NCBI GenBank assembly: GCA_964401865.1
Contig: CAYNZZ010000008.1
Span: 33,205-65,204, forward strand
Origin: an uncultured Erysipelotrichaceae bacterium
Lineage (GTDB): Bacteria; Bacillota_I; Bacilli_A; Erysipelotrichales; Erysipelotrichaceae
DNA length: 32,000 bases
Direction of reading: 5' to 3'
Shown here: positions 1 to 9,600 of the stretch, in pieces
Layout of the letters: each line of letters opens with the position of its first letter
Numbering within the stretch: position 1 is the stretch's first letter
Notes under the pieces: generated by a model
Databases searched by the model: none
The model's input: only the letters and a program-made list of their open reading frames with translations
What the model was told of the DNA's origin: nothing
Translations under genes and position numbers: made by a program

Positions 1-459
1 ATCTCTAGCTCCAATCTGCCTTAAATCAATACGACAATGAAAAATAGAAGCCAACACCTTTAACAATTCCCTGAAATCTACTCTATCATCAGCCAAATAT
101 GTAAAAGTAACTTTAAAGCGATCCAGAGTATATTCAGCAGATATAACATTCATATCTAGACCTAGTTTATCAGACTCTTTTTGACATATAACCATTGCTT
201 TTTTTGCATCTATCTTATTATTATTGTACTGTTCAATTTCTTCTTTACTGGCACGATGCAATACAGGTTTCACTTCAATGTTGGCATCTAAGCCAGAATC
301 ATCACGTAATTCAGTGGTAACTTCGCCTAACTCCAAACCTCTCTGCGTTTCGACAATGACTAAATCACCGATTTTTAAAGTATTATCTTCGGTCTTAAAT
401 GTATATGATTTATTAGTCAATTCAAAACGGATTGACACATAATATGTTTTCTCTTCCAT
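1..459 (-). CDS. ricT: PSP1-domain protein RicT/YaaT, N-terminal 153 codons (the gene continues past the window edge)
   Basis: Absent from the ORF track because it is open at the window edge. My reverse-strand translation from the ATG at 459-457 reads MEEKTYYVSIRFELTNKSYTFKTEDNTLKIGDLVIVETQRGLELGEV...DDRVDFRELLKVLASIFHCRIDLRQIGARD. The RVDFREL...RIxLRQIG pattern is typical of PSP1/YaaT proteins. The start overlaps the holB stop (TAATG). The holB-yaaT order is conserved in Firmicutes. Confidence 0.8.
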   Translation of the reverse strand, partial: MEEKTYYVSIRFELTNKSYTFKTEDNTLKIGDLVIVETQRGLELGEVTTELRDDSGLDANIEVKPVLHRASKEEIEQYNNNKIDAKKAMVICQKESDKLGLDMNVISAEYTLDRFKVTFTYLADDRVDFRELLKVLASIFHCRIDLRQIGARD

Positions 460-1439
460 TATTGTTTTCTCCTTTTATATGATACAATCTCGTAAGCTAG
501 TCGATCAAATAACAGCTTACGGTCGGCCATAGTTAAACTTCTGTCTTTAATATCGTAAAAAATTTCCAGGTAGCTATCAACATCTTGATAATCGATTTCA
601 TTCAATAAATTTTGATACCAACTGTCATCAATGGCTTTCTTTCTTGCCTTGTCGGTAAAAATCTTAATCATAATGTCTAAATAATAATCCTGACTAGCCT
701 TAAATATATCGGTTTCCGATTTCTTTAAAGCTCCATACCATTCACTATTAAATATAAATTCAAGCGCGAATGGCTTGTTTAAATTATCAATAGTTTTTTC
801 AACAAATTCTTTAGCTAAAAGATAAGCCTTATCATTTAATTCGATATCAATTTTCTTTTGAAATATTTTAGTCAATAGGTAAGCATCAATATTCTCAAAG
901 CCATCTTTCAAATAAGCATCACAAACATATTTTTCATTGACACGATGAAAACTTAACGACTCACATCTCGACACAATCGTTGATGGAATTTTATCTACAT
1001 TGTCAGAAATAAAAATCCAGTAAGAATTGCTATTGGGTTCTTCTATTGATTTCAAAATCATATTCCAAACCTTAGGATTGCCATTTTCAATTTTATCAAT
1101 GATAAAAACTTTTTTAGCACTTTTCTCTAAAGAGGTCTTGTGAAACTCATCAAAAATCTTTTCGATATCATCTTTGCTAATATTTTTGATATTACCATCA
1201 ATATAAATGACATCATAGTACTTGCCATCCTTAATACGTTTACATCTTTCACATTCTTCGCAAGCCAGATCATTTGAGTTTTCGATGATGCTTTGAGCAA
1301 TTAGAATGGCTGTTTCTTTTTTTAAAGGATTTCTTTCTCCCTTTAGTAAGTAAGCTTGAGAAACTTTACCAAACAAAAAAGATCTTTTTAATATTTGATA
1401 TATTACAGCTTCACTAGCTTTTAAATCATCTTTAATCAT
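459..1439 (-). CDS. holB: DNA polymerase III delta-prime subunit
   Basis: 326 aa. Cys-rich module CEECERCKRI. Clamp-loader motif KVFIIDKIE...MILKSIEEP (cf. LLKtLEEP). Sits directly after tmk with a 4-nt overlap. Confidence 0.85.
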   Translation of the reverse strand: MIKDDLKASEAVIYQILKRSFLFGKVSQAYLLKGERNPLKKETAILIAQSIIENSNDLACEECERCKRIKDGKYYDVIYIDGNIKNISKDDIEKIFDEFHKTSLEKSAKKVFIIDKIENGNPKVWNMILKSIEEPNSNSYWIFISDNVDKIPSTIVSRCESLSFHRVNEKYVCDAYLKDGFENIDAYLLTKIFQKKIDIELNDKAYLLAKEFVEKTIDNLNKPFALEFIFNSEWYGALKKSETDIFKASQDYYLDIMIKIFTDKARKKAIDDSWYQNLLNEIDYQDVDSYLEIFYDIKDRSLTMADRKLLFDRLAYEIVSYKRRKQ

Positions 1440-2059
1440 TTAATTACCTTCAAGATAATATCCATACAGTCATTGACTACTTCATCTAAACTCTTAGATG
1501 CATCAACAATCACTATTCTTTCTTTAAAACGTTTTAATACTTCTTTATAACCTTCATTGACTAAATGATGGAATTCCAGCGTTTCCATATCTAAGCGGTC
1601 TTTATTCAAACGATTATCAATTCTTTTTAAGCCTGTCTTTTCGTCAACATCAAGATAAATAGTTAAATCCGGAAAGTAACCATCAATCGCAAATGAGTTG
1701 ATACTATAAATCTCATCAAAGCCAATCTTTCTGCCATATCCTTGATAGGCCAAAGAGGAATCGATAAATCTTTCACATAAAACAATTTTCTTGTCCTTCA
1801 AAGATGGAATCACTCTTTCTACTAAGTGCTGGCGTCTGCTTGCTGCATATAGCAACGCCTCGGTTTTAGCGTCCATATTTGTATTTTTAGGATCAAGTAT
1901 TATTCCTCTTATCTGTTCAGCAATATCTATACCACCCGGTTCCCTGGTGTGAACACAAGAAAAACCTAAACTGCTAAGTTTATCATATACAAGACTGGTA
2001 ACACTTGTCTTACCTGAACCGTCAGGTCCTTCAAAAGTAATGAAATATCCCTTATTCAT
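1436..2059 (-). CDS. tmk: Thymidylate kinase
   Basis: 207 aa. P-loop FITFEGPDGSGKTS, and CERFIDSSLAYQG (a variant of the DRY..SS.AYQG motif). Confidence 0.95.
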   Translation of the reverse strand: MNKGYFITFEGPDGSGKTSVTSLVYDKLSSLGFSCVHTREPGGIDIAEQIRGIILDPKNTNMDAKTEALLYAASRRQHLVERVIPSLKDKKIVLCERFIDSSLAYQGYGRKIGFDEIYSINSFAIDGYFPDLTIYLDVDEKTGLKRIDNRLNKDRLDMETLEFHHLVNEGYKEVLKRFKERIVIVDASKSLDEVVNDCMDIILKVIK

Positions 2060-2060
2060 T

Positions 2061-2396
2061 TTAATTAAGTTTTTCTAATTTAGGTTTAAATGTTTTATCT
2101 AATGCTTCTAGTAACTGTTTTTTAATGTTTTCATATTCTTCATAGCTTACTTCAATATTGTCGTCATTAACAATTCTAATTTCTGTTTGACCATATTTAA
2201 ATGGATTGATTTGTCGATCAAGCTCCATAAGTTCCTGAAATAAACAATAATCATTTATACTGATGATAGCATATTTTTCTTCTTTGCCCTCACTTAAAAT
2301 AACTGCATCGCCATCTTCAATATCATTCAACATTTCATCTAGTTCATTAATATTTTCTAAATCTATTTTTTTCATAAAATTATTATACCATTTCAT
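2061..2396 (-). CDS. Hypothetical protein with an N-terminal Phd/YefM-antitoxin-like segment
   Basis: 111 aa. LDEMLNDIEDGDAVILSEGKEEKYAIISINDYCLFQEL follows the Phd/YefM pattern (xPVvItrrGkpvaVliSxeeYexL). The C-terminal half is unrecognised. An alternative start is M8 (ATG at 2375). Its stop lies 1 nt from the tmk start. Confidence 0.5.
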   Translation of the reverse strand: MKWYNNFMKKIDLENINELDEMLNDIEDGDAVILSEGKEEKYAIISINDYCLFQELMELDRQINPFKYGQTEIRIVNDDNIEVSYEEYENIKKQLLEALDKTFKPKLEKLN

Positions 2397-2420
2397 CTAC
2401 ACTCTTTATAAGGTGTTTCA

Positions 2421-2933
2421 CTATACTTTTAAGTTAGTAATAAATCTTTCCATCGGTTTAAAAATCAATAATCCAATTACCACTACCGCAATAAACTCAC
2501 CAATAGCTACTTCAAGCCCATTGATCAATAGTCCTAACATAAAGTTATCCGGCATAATTACATAGCTTAACATTGCTCCGACTATCAAACCATTAAAAAT
2601 AACCGGCATCATTAAAGACAAAATTGGGCGATCAAATATTTTTACATCTTTATACTTATAAGCAAAGTACAAAGATAAAAATGAAGCTAATGTTCCAAAC
2701 ACCACATCCAACATACCTATAATATCGCTGCCCATTAAAACTCCTAAGAAATTGGTAACAAGGCAAGCAAATGTCAAAGGCCAAATCATATCTTTACGAT
2801 AAAGCACAAACAGTATTAATACTTCAGATATTCTTACTTGTATTGGTCCAAAACTAAGACTTGATAAAGCTAAAGTTAAAGCTACATAAGTGGCAGCTAT
2901 TATTGAATATAACGATATTTTTCTAATTGACAT
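2421..2933 (-). CDS. queT: QueT-family membrane protein (queuosine-precursor ECF S-component)
   Basis: 170 aa, polytopic. The N-terminal YVALTLALSSLSFGPIQVRISEVL resembles the QueT signature (YGxIQFRvSEaL). SD AAGGAGG is 4 nt upstream of the ATG. The ecfA1A2T energising module is present in the same window. Confidence 0.7.
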   Translation of the reverse strand: MSIRKISLYSIIAATYVALTLALSSLSFGPIQVRISEVLILFVLYRKDMIWPLTFACLVTNFLGVLMGSDIIGMLDVVFGTLASFLSLYFAYKYKDVKIFDRPILSLMMPVIFNGLIVGAMLSYVIMPDNFMLGLLINGLEVAIGEFIAVVVIGLLIFKPMERFITNLKV

Positions 2934-2944
2934 AAATCCTCCTT

Positions 2945-2968
2945 AAAAAAAGAAGTACAACTTCTTTT
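2945..2968 (-). terminator. AU-rich hairpin plus T-tract between the NUDIX gene and queT (weak terminator or attenuator)
   Basis: The reverse strand reads AAAAGAAGT-TGT-ACTTCTTTT followed by TTT, then AAGGAGG (the queT SD). The 5' arm includes the NUDIX gene stop codon. Confidence 0.4.
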
Positions 2969-3494
2969 ACTTTATTCCATCCAAATCCATCGCTAGCACT
3001 AATGCAATAGTCTTGGCATCGTGAATTATACCATTTTTTATCATGGTTTTTATCTCATCTAGTGAATATTTTTCTGATTCCATCCTTTCGTCTTCATCAA
3101 GGTTTTTGCCCACATATTCACCTTTTTTAGCATAATAGAGATATATTTTTTCATTGCTATATCCACACGTTGGAACGATATAACCAAATGATTTTAAATC
3201 TTTGCACTTATAGCCAAGTTCCTCATGGCACTCTCTAATAATTGCTTCAGTCGGATCTTCGTCTTTTTCAAGCTTACCAGCACAAAATTCCAACATCTCT
3301 TCTGATACGGAATAGCGATACTGTCTGACCATAAAAAACTTACCATCATCATCTTGCAAAGCTATACATGCACCACCACGATGCAAAACCACTTCTCTTT
3401 TAGAAGTTGTGTGGTCATCGATTAAAATATCATCAACAACCACATGAATAACTTTGCCATCATATATTTCTCGTCGCTTTATCTGTTTTTCCAT
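2967..3494 (-). CDS. NUDIX hydrolase (ADP-ribose pyrophosphatase-like)
   Basis: 175 aa. Nudix box GKLEKDEDPTEAIIRECHEELGY (GX5EX7REUXEEXGU). Confidence 0.85.
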   Translation of the reverse strand: MEKQIKRREIYDGKVIHVVVDDILIDDHTTSKREVVLHRGGACIALQDDDGKFFMVRQYRYSVSEEMLEFCAGKLEKDEDPTEAIIRECHEELGYKCKDLKSFGYIVPTCGYSNEKIYLYYAKKGEYVGKNLDEDERMESEKYSLDEIKTMIKNGIIHDAKTIALVLAMDLDGIK

Positions 3495-3510
3495 CTTTTG
3501 CCTCTTTCTC

Positions 3511-4749
3511 TTATTTATAGATATCTAAATTTTTAACTAATGAATCATTTTTCTCGTGTAGAGAATATAAAAATGATAAATATGCTCCCGGTGTTATAAT
3601 ACCACTCATTTTCAATAAGTCAATATCTTTATTTCTCACTAAGAAATCAGTTAATTGAATACAGTTTTGTGTGAAGACAAAGTAAGTCTTAAATGGTCCT
3701 TTATCAAATTTATATAAATTGCAATGCGTATCCTTATAAACTCTCGATATATAATCATTTGCCTTGATCGGTAATCCCTGACTCTCCTCTATCTTGGCAT
3801 CGCAGTCGAAAGGATAAGCATCTTTCATCAACAAAGCAATTCTTTCCTCAACTGTTTTAATATCCTTTTCATTCAGATCGAACTGAAAGTTAAATATCAT
3901 CGTCTTACCATCAGATAGATTGGTTTTAAAAAATGAATTTCTATCTGTTACAACCAGTACTCCTTCGCCTGCACTGCCAAATAAAAAACGTTTTTTAGGG
4001 TCGTGCAAACCATATGAATAAACGGTCTTGTTTAGCGTTACATCAATGTGCCCGATAGCTTCAAAACCACCATCATGCGTATATACCGATATCTCTAAAG
4101 GATATAAAGAATCCTTTGGCTCATGCTTGATATATTCTTCCATCTTGGGATCGTTTTTAATACGCATATATAGTTGTGTCGGAAGTAAAGCAGTAACTAC
4201 CGCCGGCAAAGAAACCGATATGCTCATTTTTTCGTTAAATAGAATTTTCAGCCAGCTTATCGCATTAAATAAAGCATAAATAAATAGATAGATACCTGAA
4301 ATAATAAAGATATATTGCGAAGCTACAAAAGGCAAAATTATAAGAGAAACGGCGAATCCCAAATCCAGGATACCTCTAAAAAGTGAAAATATTACTCCCT
4401 GAACATGATTATTACGGTATATTGCAAAATTAATAAACTGAATGACGGCATTTATTAACGCATATATGGCAACTGTAAACGAGATAAAACGCGTATAAAT
4501 ATTAGGAAAATGCAATATCAAAAAGATGATAACCAAATATACCAAAAAATAAATGAAGTTTTCTTTAGCTTTCTCTTTTCCGATAAAAATACTAATGAAT
4601 CTTGAAATGCTTAAAAAAGCCAAAGCAACAAGTGTAATGATTCTTAAAAGCGGAATGACCTTATCAGCTTGCCTAATGATAACGATACCGATGATAACCA
4701 AACCAACACTAGATAATAGGCGGTTTATCGCATTAATACTTTTATTCAT
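3511..4749 (-). CDS. Uncharacterised membrane protein: about 190-aa multi-TM N-terminus plus about 220-aa soluble C-terminal domain
   Basis: The track ORF starts at a GTG (4752). The ATG one codon later (4749) overlaps the uvrB TGA as TGATG and has GGGGTG upstream. The N-terminus is hydrophobic and repetitive. The C-terminal domain contains AIGHIDVTLNKTVYSYG and FVFTQNCIQLTDF. I recognise no family with confidence. Confidence 0.6.
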   Translation of the reverse strand: MNKSINAINRLLSSVGLVIIGIVIIRQADKVIPLLRIITLVALAFLSISRFISIFIGKEKAKENFIYFLVYLVIIFLILHFPNIYTRFISFTVAIYALINAVIQFINFAIYRNNHVQGVIFSLFRGILDLGFAVSLIILPFVASQYIFIISGIYLFIYALFNAISWLKILFNEKMSISVSLPAVVTALLPTQLYMRIKNDPKMEEYIKHEPKDSLYPLEISVYTHDGGFEAIGHIDVTLNKTVYSYGLHDPKKRFLFGSAGEGVLVVTDRNSFFKTNLSDGKTMIFNFQFDLNEKDIKTVEERIALLMKDAYPFDCDAKIEESQGLPIKANDYISRVYKDTHCNLYKFDKGPFKTYFVFTQNCIQLTDFLVRNKDIDLLKMSGIITPGAYLSFLYSLHEKNDSLVKNLDIYK

Positions 4750-6713
4750 CACGATTCACCCCTGAGTTCAAAGATTATATCCCTCAATTCAGCAGCTCTT
4801 TCAAAGTTCATAACTTTCGCCGCCTCTTTCATTTCTTTTTCAAGCGAAGAAATTAGTTCTTCTTTTTCTTTCTTAGTTTTCTTTTTCTTCTTTAAAAATT
4901 TGCTGGCGATCGCTTTCGTCTCTTTACCATGAATAGCTTCGTTAATTGATTTTTTAATTGTTTGCGGAACAATATTATGCTCCTTATTATACGCCATCTG
5001 AATAGTTCTTCTTCTATTAGTTTCATCAATGGCTTTCTGCATAGACTCTGTAATTGTATCGCCATACATTATCACGCGCCCTTCAGCATTTCTGGCTGCA
5101 CGGCCTATCGTTTGAATAAGTGATCTTTCACTTCTTAAAAAACCTTCTTTGTCAGCATCTAATATCAAAATCAATGATACTTCCGGAATATCCAAACCTT
5201 CTCTTAGCAAATTAATACCAACTAAAACATCATAAGTTCCCTTACGAAGTTCTAAGATGGTTTCTATTCTTTCTAATGTCTTAGTCTCATGATGCAAATA
5301 CGCTACTTTTAAATCCTGTTTCTTTAAGAAATCCGTTAAATCTTCTGCCATTTTAACCGTTAGAGTGGTAATAAGCACTCTTTCGTTCCTTTTGATATTC
5401 TCATGTATCTCATTTAATAGATCATCAATTTGCCCTTCGGTTTTTCTGACTTCAATCAGCGGATCTAAAAGACCGGTTGGTCTGATAATCTGCTCAACCA
5501 CCTTATGATCGACAAGATCTAATTCATAATCGCCAGGTGTAGCTGAAACATATATTCTGCTAGCGTCAATCTTTTCAAACTCTTCAAAAGTCATTGGCCT
5601 ATTTTCCAGAGCGCTAGGAAGTCTGAAACCATAATCAACCAGTGTTTGTTTACGTGCTCTATCGCCATTAAACATTCCTTTTATTTGTGGCAAAGATACA
5701 TGCGATTCATCAATCACAATTAAAAAATCATCTGAAAAATAATCAAATAAATTATATGGTCTTTCACCTTTTTTTCTTCTATCAATATGCATTGAATAGT
5801 TTTCAATGCCACTGCACATACCAAATTCTCTTAAAGCTTCTAAGTCATAGCGACAGCGCTGTTCAAGACGCTCATATTCTAACGGCTTATCCTCTTTTTT
5901 AAAAAACTCCAGTCTTTCTTCCAATTCTTTTTCGATGTCATTACAAGCTAAGAGTAAACTTTCTCTTTCTCTAGCATAACCTGAAGCCGGAAAAAAGTTA
6001 TAGACAAGATAACCATTTATCACATTCATGCTCACTGGATCAATCTCAGTAATTCTTTCAATTACATCATCAAATAACTCAATTCTAATTAAATACTGAT
6101 CTGTATAGCCCGGGCAAAGTTCAATGACATCACCCTTCACTCTAAAAGTTCCTCTAAGTCTATCGATATCATTACGAGTGTATTGTCTCATAATGAGTTT
6201 TTTTATGAGTTCATCTCTATCGACACTTTCGCCAACTTTAAGCGTAAAGAACATATCTTTATAGCTTTTAGGATTACTGGAAGCATAAATACACGCCACC
6301 GATGCAACTACAATAGTATCTTTTCTTTCTAATAATGAGTTATACGCCGACATTCTAAGCATATCAATCTCATCATTTGTCACCGCATTTTTTTCAATGT
6401 AGGTATCTGTTTTAGGCATATATGCTTCCGGTTGATAATAGTCAAAGTTCGAAACAAAGTATTCAACTCGATTTTCAGGAAAGAAAGCCTTTAGTTCAGA
6501 ATATAGTTGCCCAGCCAAAGTCTTGTTATGAGCAAAAACCAAAGTCGGCTTATTCACTTTCTCTATTACATTGGCAATAGTAAAAGTCTTACCAGTTCCG
6601 GTAGCTCCTAATAATACTTGATGTTTCTTTCCGGTGTTCAATCCATTAACTAATTCACCGATAGCTTTTTCTTGGTCACCGCTTGGTTTAAATTCAGAAT
6701 GCAGTTTAAACAT
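4749..6713 (-). CDS. uvrB: Excinuclease ABC subunit B
   Basis: 654 aa. Walker [14 protein letters not shown] box [11 protein letters not shown], and C-terminal UVR motif [15 protein letters not shown]. Stop codon is TGA. Confidence 0.97.
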   Translation of the reverse strand: MFKLHSEFKPSGDQEKAIGELVNGLNTGKKHQVLLGATGTGKTFTIANVIEKVNKPTLVFAHNKTLAGQLYSELKAFFPENRVEYFVSNFDYYQPEAYMPKTDTYIEKNAVTNDEIDMLRMSAYNSLLERKDTIVVASVACIYASSNPKSYKDMFFTLKVGESVDRDELIKKLIMRQYTRNDIDRLRGTFRVKGDVIELCPGYTDQYLIRIELFDDVIERITEIDPVSMNVINGYLVYNFFPASGYARERESLLLACNDIEKELEERLEFFKKEDKPLEYERLEQRCRYDLEALREFGMCSGIENYSMHIDRRKKGERPYNLFDYFSDDFLIVIDESHVSLPQIKGMFNGDRARKQTLVDYGFRLPSALENRPMTFEEFEKIDASRIYVSATPGDYELDLVDHKVVEQIIRPTGLLDPLIEVRKTEGQIDDLLNEIHENIKRNERVLITTLTVKMAEDLTDFLKKQDLKVAYLHHETKTLERIETILELRKGTYDVLVGINLLREGLDIPEVSLILILDADKEGFLRSERSLIQTIGRAARNAEGRVIMYGDTITESMQKAIDETNRRRTIQMAYNKEHNIVPQTIKKSINEAIHGKETKAIASKFLKKKKKTKKEKEELISSLEKEMKEAAKVMNFERAAELRDIIFELRGES

Positions 6714-6716
6714 ATA

Positions 6717-8198
6717 TTATTTGCTAATTAATTCGATTGCCTTGAGCATTTGCACATCCTTATCTGGATTTAATGCCCATTCTTTAATGACATTGGAAAT
6801 CAAGGTCTCATAGCTTTGACTGTCTAAAATACCTGTAACTTCAAATTGTTTATCACTTTGAAAATTCGATAAAGCATATTTCATGCTTTGATCAAAATAG
6901 CCATCTTTTCTATTGATCTGGTAGCCCAAAAAATCCAGACATTCTTCAGCCACACGATTATATTCAGACACTGAGTCTATTTCGTAACTTTCATTTTCCT
7001 CCATCATCGTATATGTATCATAGAAAATATCGTGCAAGAAAACTTCTTCGTCAGGCTTTATACCAACACCATTTATCCAGTTACCCATCGGTGATAACCA
7101 TTTGGAAGACGTTACCTTCAATACCGATGAGTCTTTAAGTAAAATTGATGATTGAACAACCCCCTTACCAAATGAAGTAGTACCAACTAGAGTAACATCA
7201 GGATGCATCTCTTTTAAGGCTATAGCTAATACTTCGGCTGCTGATGCAGTATTTCCATTTATTAGCACGCATATTTCTTTGAAATTTTCATAATACACGC
7301 TTCCTAAAGTGTAATATTCTTCGATATAACCATCATTAAATTCCTGAGTCATAACCAAGACATCATCACCTAAAAATAGATGTGCTACCTCCTGTACAGA
7401 AGTTTGGAAACCACCTGTATTATCTCTTAAATCAATAATTAACTTAGAATAATCTTTATAATCATCTAAATAATCAATACATTCGTTATATGTTTCATCG
7501 CCAAAACTTTCAATCTTAAGTACGACATAATCATTTTCGGAATAAGCATAAGCCGTTGAATTTATCGAGGCTCTGATAATATCAAATTCGATGTTTTGAC
7601 CATCTCTTTCGATTTCAACAACTACTTCGCTGCCTTCTTTGCCAAGTGCTAAATCAGAAATTTCAGTAGTATTAAGGCCTTCAACATCAACTCCATCAAC
7701 CTTACGAATAATATCACCTGCCAAGATACCTGCTTTTTCAGCCGGAGAGTTTTTAATAACTCGCATAATAGTAGCTACGCCATCAAATTGAGTATATGTT
7801 ATACCGATACCAACAATATTCATGTTGATGCTATTAGAAAAGCTTTCATATTCTTCGGTTGACATATACGAAGTATATGGATCAAACGAAAAACTTGTCA
7901 TACCATAGAAAGCATTATCTTCCAATACTTGATCGAGGTCATCATAATCACCAGCATAAAGCCAAAAATTATTCATATAACTGCTTATCTCATCTAATTT
8001 ACTATATGAATAGTTATTAGATGAATAATTATCGTTATTTATGGAATTAACGATTAAGCCCATAAAAAAACCTAAACCAAGAAATAGTACCATTACAACA
8101 GCAATAACAATATTGCGTATTCTTCTAGCTTTTATCTCTTCTCTTTCGCTAGATAAAGGCTGTCTTTTTAATTTATATACCACTTTGTCATCTTTCAT
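6717..8198 (-). CDS. S41 carboxy-terminal processing protease with PDZ and C-terminal peptidoglycan-binding-like domain
   Basis: 493 aa. N-terminal TM anchor. PDZ segment GDIIRKVDGVDVEG. S41 motifs NGNTASAAEVLA and TSFGKGVVQ. The C-terminal FLGYQINRKDGYFDQSMKYALSNFQ resembles PG_binding_1. Confidence 0.9.
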   Translation of the reverse strand: MKDDKVVYKLKRQPLSSEREEIKARRIRNIVIAVVMVLFLGLGFFMGLIVNSINNDNYSSNNYSYSKLDEISSYMNNFWLYAGDYDDLDQVLEDNAFYGMTSFSFDPYTSYMSTEEYESFSNSINMNIVGIGITYTQFDGVATIMRVIKNSPAEKAGILAGDIIRKVDGVDVEGLNTTEISDLALGKEGSEVVVEIERDGQNIEFDIIRASINSTAYAYSENDYVVLKIESFGDETYNECIDYLDDYKDYSKLIIDLRDNTGGFQTSVQEVAHLFLGDDVLVMTQEFNDGYIEEYYTLGSVYYENFKEICVLINGNTASAAEVLAIALKEMHPDVTLVGTTSFGKGVVQSSILLKDSSVLKVTSSKWLSPMGNWINGVGIKPDEEVFLHDIFYDTYTMMEENESYEIDSVSEYNRVAEECLDFLGYQINRKDGYFDQSMKYALSNFQSDKQFEVTGILDSQSYETLISNVIKEWALNPDKDVQMLKAIELISK

Positions 8199-8210
8199 AT
8201 CAATACCTCA

Positions 8211-8240
8211 ACTAAAACTCAAAACCCCTAACAAGGGGTT
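8211..8240 (-). terminator. Hairpin plus U-rich tract between the M23 peptidase gene and ctp (terminator or attenuator)
   Basis: The reverse strand reads AACCCCT-TGTT-AGGGGTT followed by TTGAGTTTTAG. The ctp SD (GAGG) and ATG come immediately after. Confidence 0.5.
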
Positions 8241-8247
8241 ATTAATA

Positions 8248-9600
8248 TTAAGTTCCAAAATATAATTCCGGGCGAAGTCTGCATGGCGCACCAACACCAT
8301 TTTCACATAGCCTATTAAGACCATAAGCTCCCCAACCACAGTTAAAACCCAAAGTGTAATCTCGAAGCAAATAATCATTTTGAATATCACTCATATCGCC
8401 TTCGCCAAGATAGTAAAGTTCAATATGGCAATGTGGCCCACTAGAATTTCCGCTACTTCCTACTCTTCCGACATAATCACCTTCAGATATGACGCCTGTG
8501 CCAACCGGCGAGCCTTGTTGAAGATGGAAGAAAGAAACTCCATATACTCTATCTTCTGCTGAAACAATCATAATGACTTGATTACCACCAGCATAAACAC
8601 CACCAATATTTGCACCGCATCCGGAACCCAAGTAACCTGTACTAGGACAACCATCAGCCGACAAAATTACTACACCATTAGCAGGAGCATATAGATTTGA
8701 ACCGCTTTTAACCGCATAATCAACACCTAAATGAACTCCACCACCAAAACTAGCAGGATAATACCATGTTCCAGCACTAATCGAAGCGCCTGGAGCAGGA
8801 GAATATAAACCAGCAGATGATGGGATATTAGTAATATCACCTATTTGATTAAGAATGCTGGAATAGTCTTTAGCAATGTTGTCATATTCATTTTGTAGTT
8901 CTTCTATCTCTGCATCTAGTTTCTCAATTTCTTCTTCATAATAAGCTTGTATTTCAAGATACGATGCTTCACTTTCTTCTAATTCCTGTTTCTTGCTGTC
9001 TAGTTCACTCTTTTTTTCATCTAGTTCCTTTTTATCTTTATCAAGCTTTTCTATCGTATCAATAAGCTTGTTTCTATCTTCTTCGTCTTTTGCGACAATC
9101 GCCTCAATACCGTAGCTTCGACGCATTAAGTCTTCAAAACTTGATGACCCCAGCAAGAAATCCAAATACTGATTAAAATGCATCGTTTCTTGAGAATCTC
9201 TCATTCTTTGCATTACTCTTTGATTTAATTCTTCAACCAATACTTCGTTAGCTTTTATATCATCTTCTAAAACTTTAATTTTACTATCCAATTCTTCTAT
9301 TTCGACATTTAAAGTAGCCATTTGTGAGTATAAGTAATCTAACATACTTTTAACATCATCAAGCTTTGCTTCATTAGCTTTCATTTCTTCTTTAAGTTTT
9401 TCTAGATTATCTTTTATCTCGTTCATCTCGTTACGTTTCTCTTCCAAAAGAAAAGCACGATATGCATCACATTCAGCACTAGACTCTCCATTACATTTTT
9501 CATCCCATGCCTCACGGTCAGAATAATCCTCTGCATGAACATCAACACGAATAAAAGGCAAAAACATTACCATAAATAATATCAATATTTTTCTTTTCAT
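8248..9600 (-). CDS. Secreted coiled-coil / M23 (LytM) metallopeptidase, an FtsEX-associated murein hydrolase candidate
   Basis: The likely start is MKRKILILFMVMF (signal peptide) at 9600, forming an ATGA overlap with the ftsX stop. The track's longer start adds 8 aa. There is about 250 aa of E/K/L-rich heptad-like sequence, then an M23 domain with intact HLGVD (HxxxD) and GPHCHIE (HxH). Confidence 0.85.
   Translation of the reverse strand: MKRKILILFMVMFLPFIRVDVHAEDYSDREAWDEKCNGESSAECDAYRAFLLEEKRNEMNEIKDNLEKLKEEMKANEAKLDDVKSMLDYLYSQMATLNVEIEELDSKIKVLEDDIKANEVLVEELNQRVMQRMRDSQETMHFNQYLDFLLGSSSFEDLMRRSYGIEAIVAKDEEDRNKLIDTIEKLDKDKKELDEKKSELDSKKQELEESEASYLEIQAYYEEEIEKLDAEIEELQNEYDNIAKDYSSILNQIGDITNIPSSAGLYSPAPGASISAGTWYYPASFGGGVHLGVDYAVKSGSNLYAPANGVVILSADGCPSTGYLGSGCGANIGGVYAGGNQVIMIVSAEDRVYGVSFFHLQQGSPVGTGVISEGDYVGRVGSSGNSSGPHCHIELYYLGEGDMSDIQNDYLLRDYTLGFNCGWGAYGLNRLCENGVGAPCRLRPELYFGT

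Noticed and set aside
1436-2933. A complete toxin-antitoxin pair around the Phd-like ORF
   Set aside because: The flanking genes are clearly queT and tmk, and no additional ORF fits in the 1-nt and 24-nt gaps.
2934-2966. preQ1 riboswitch upstream of queT
   Set aside because: Only 33 nt are available. The hairpin has a 3-nt loop and a U-rich rather than A-rich 3' tail, which does not fit the preQ1-I architecture as I know it.
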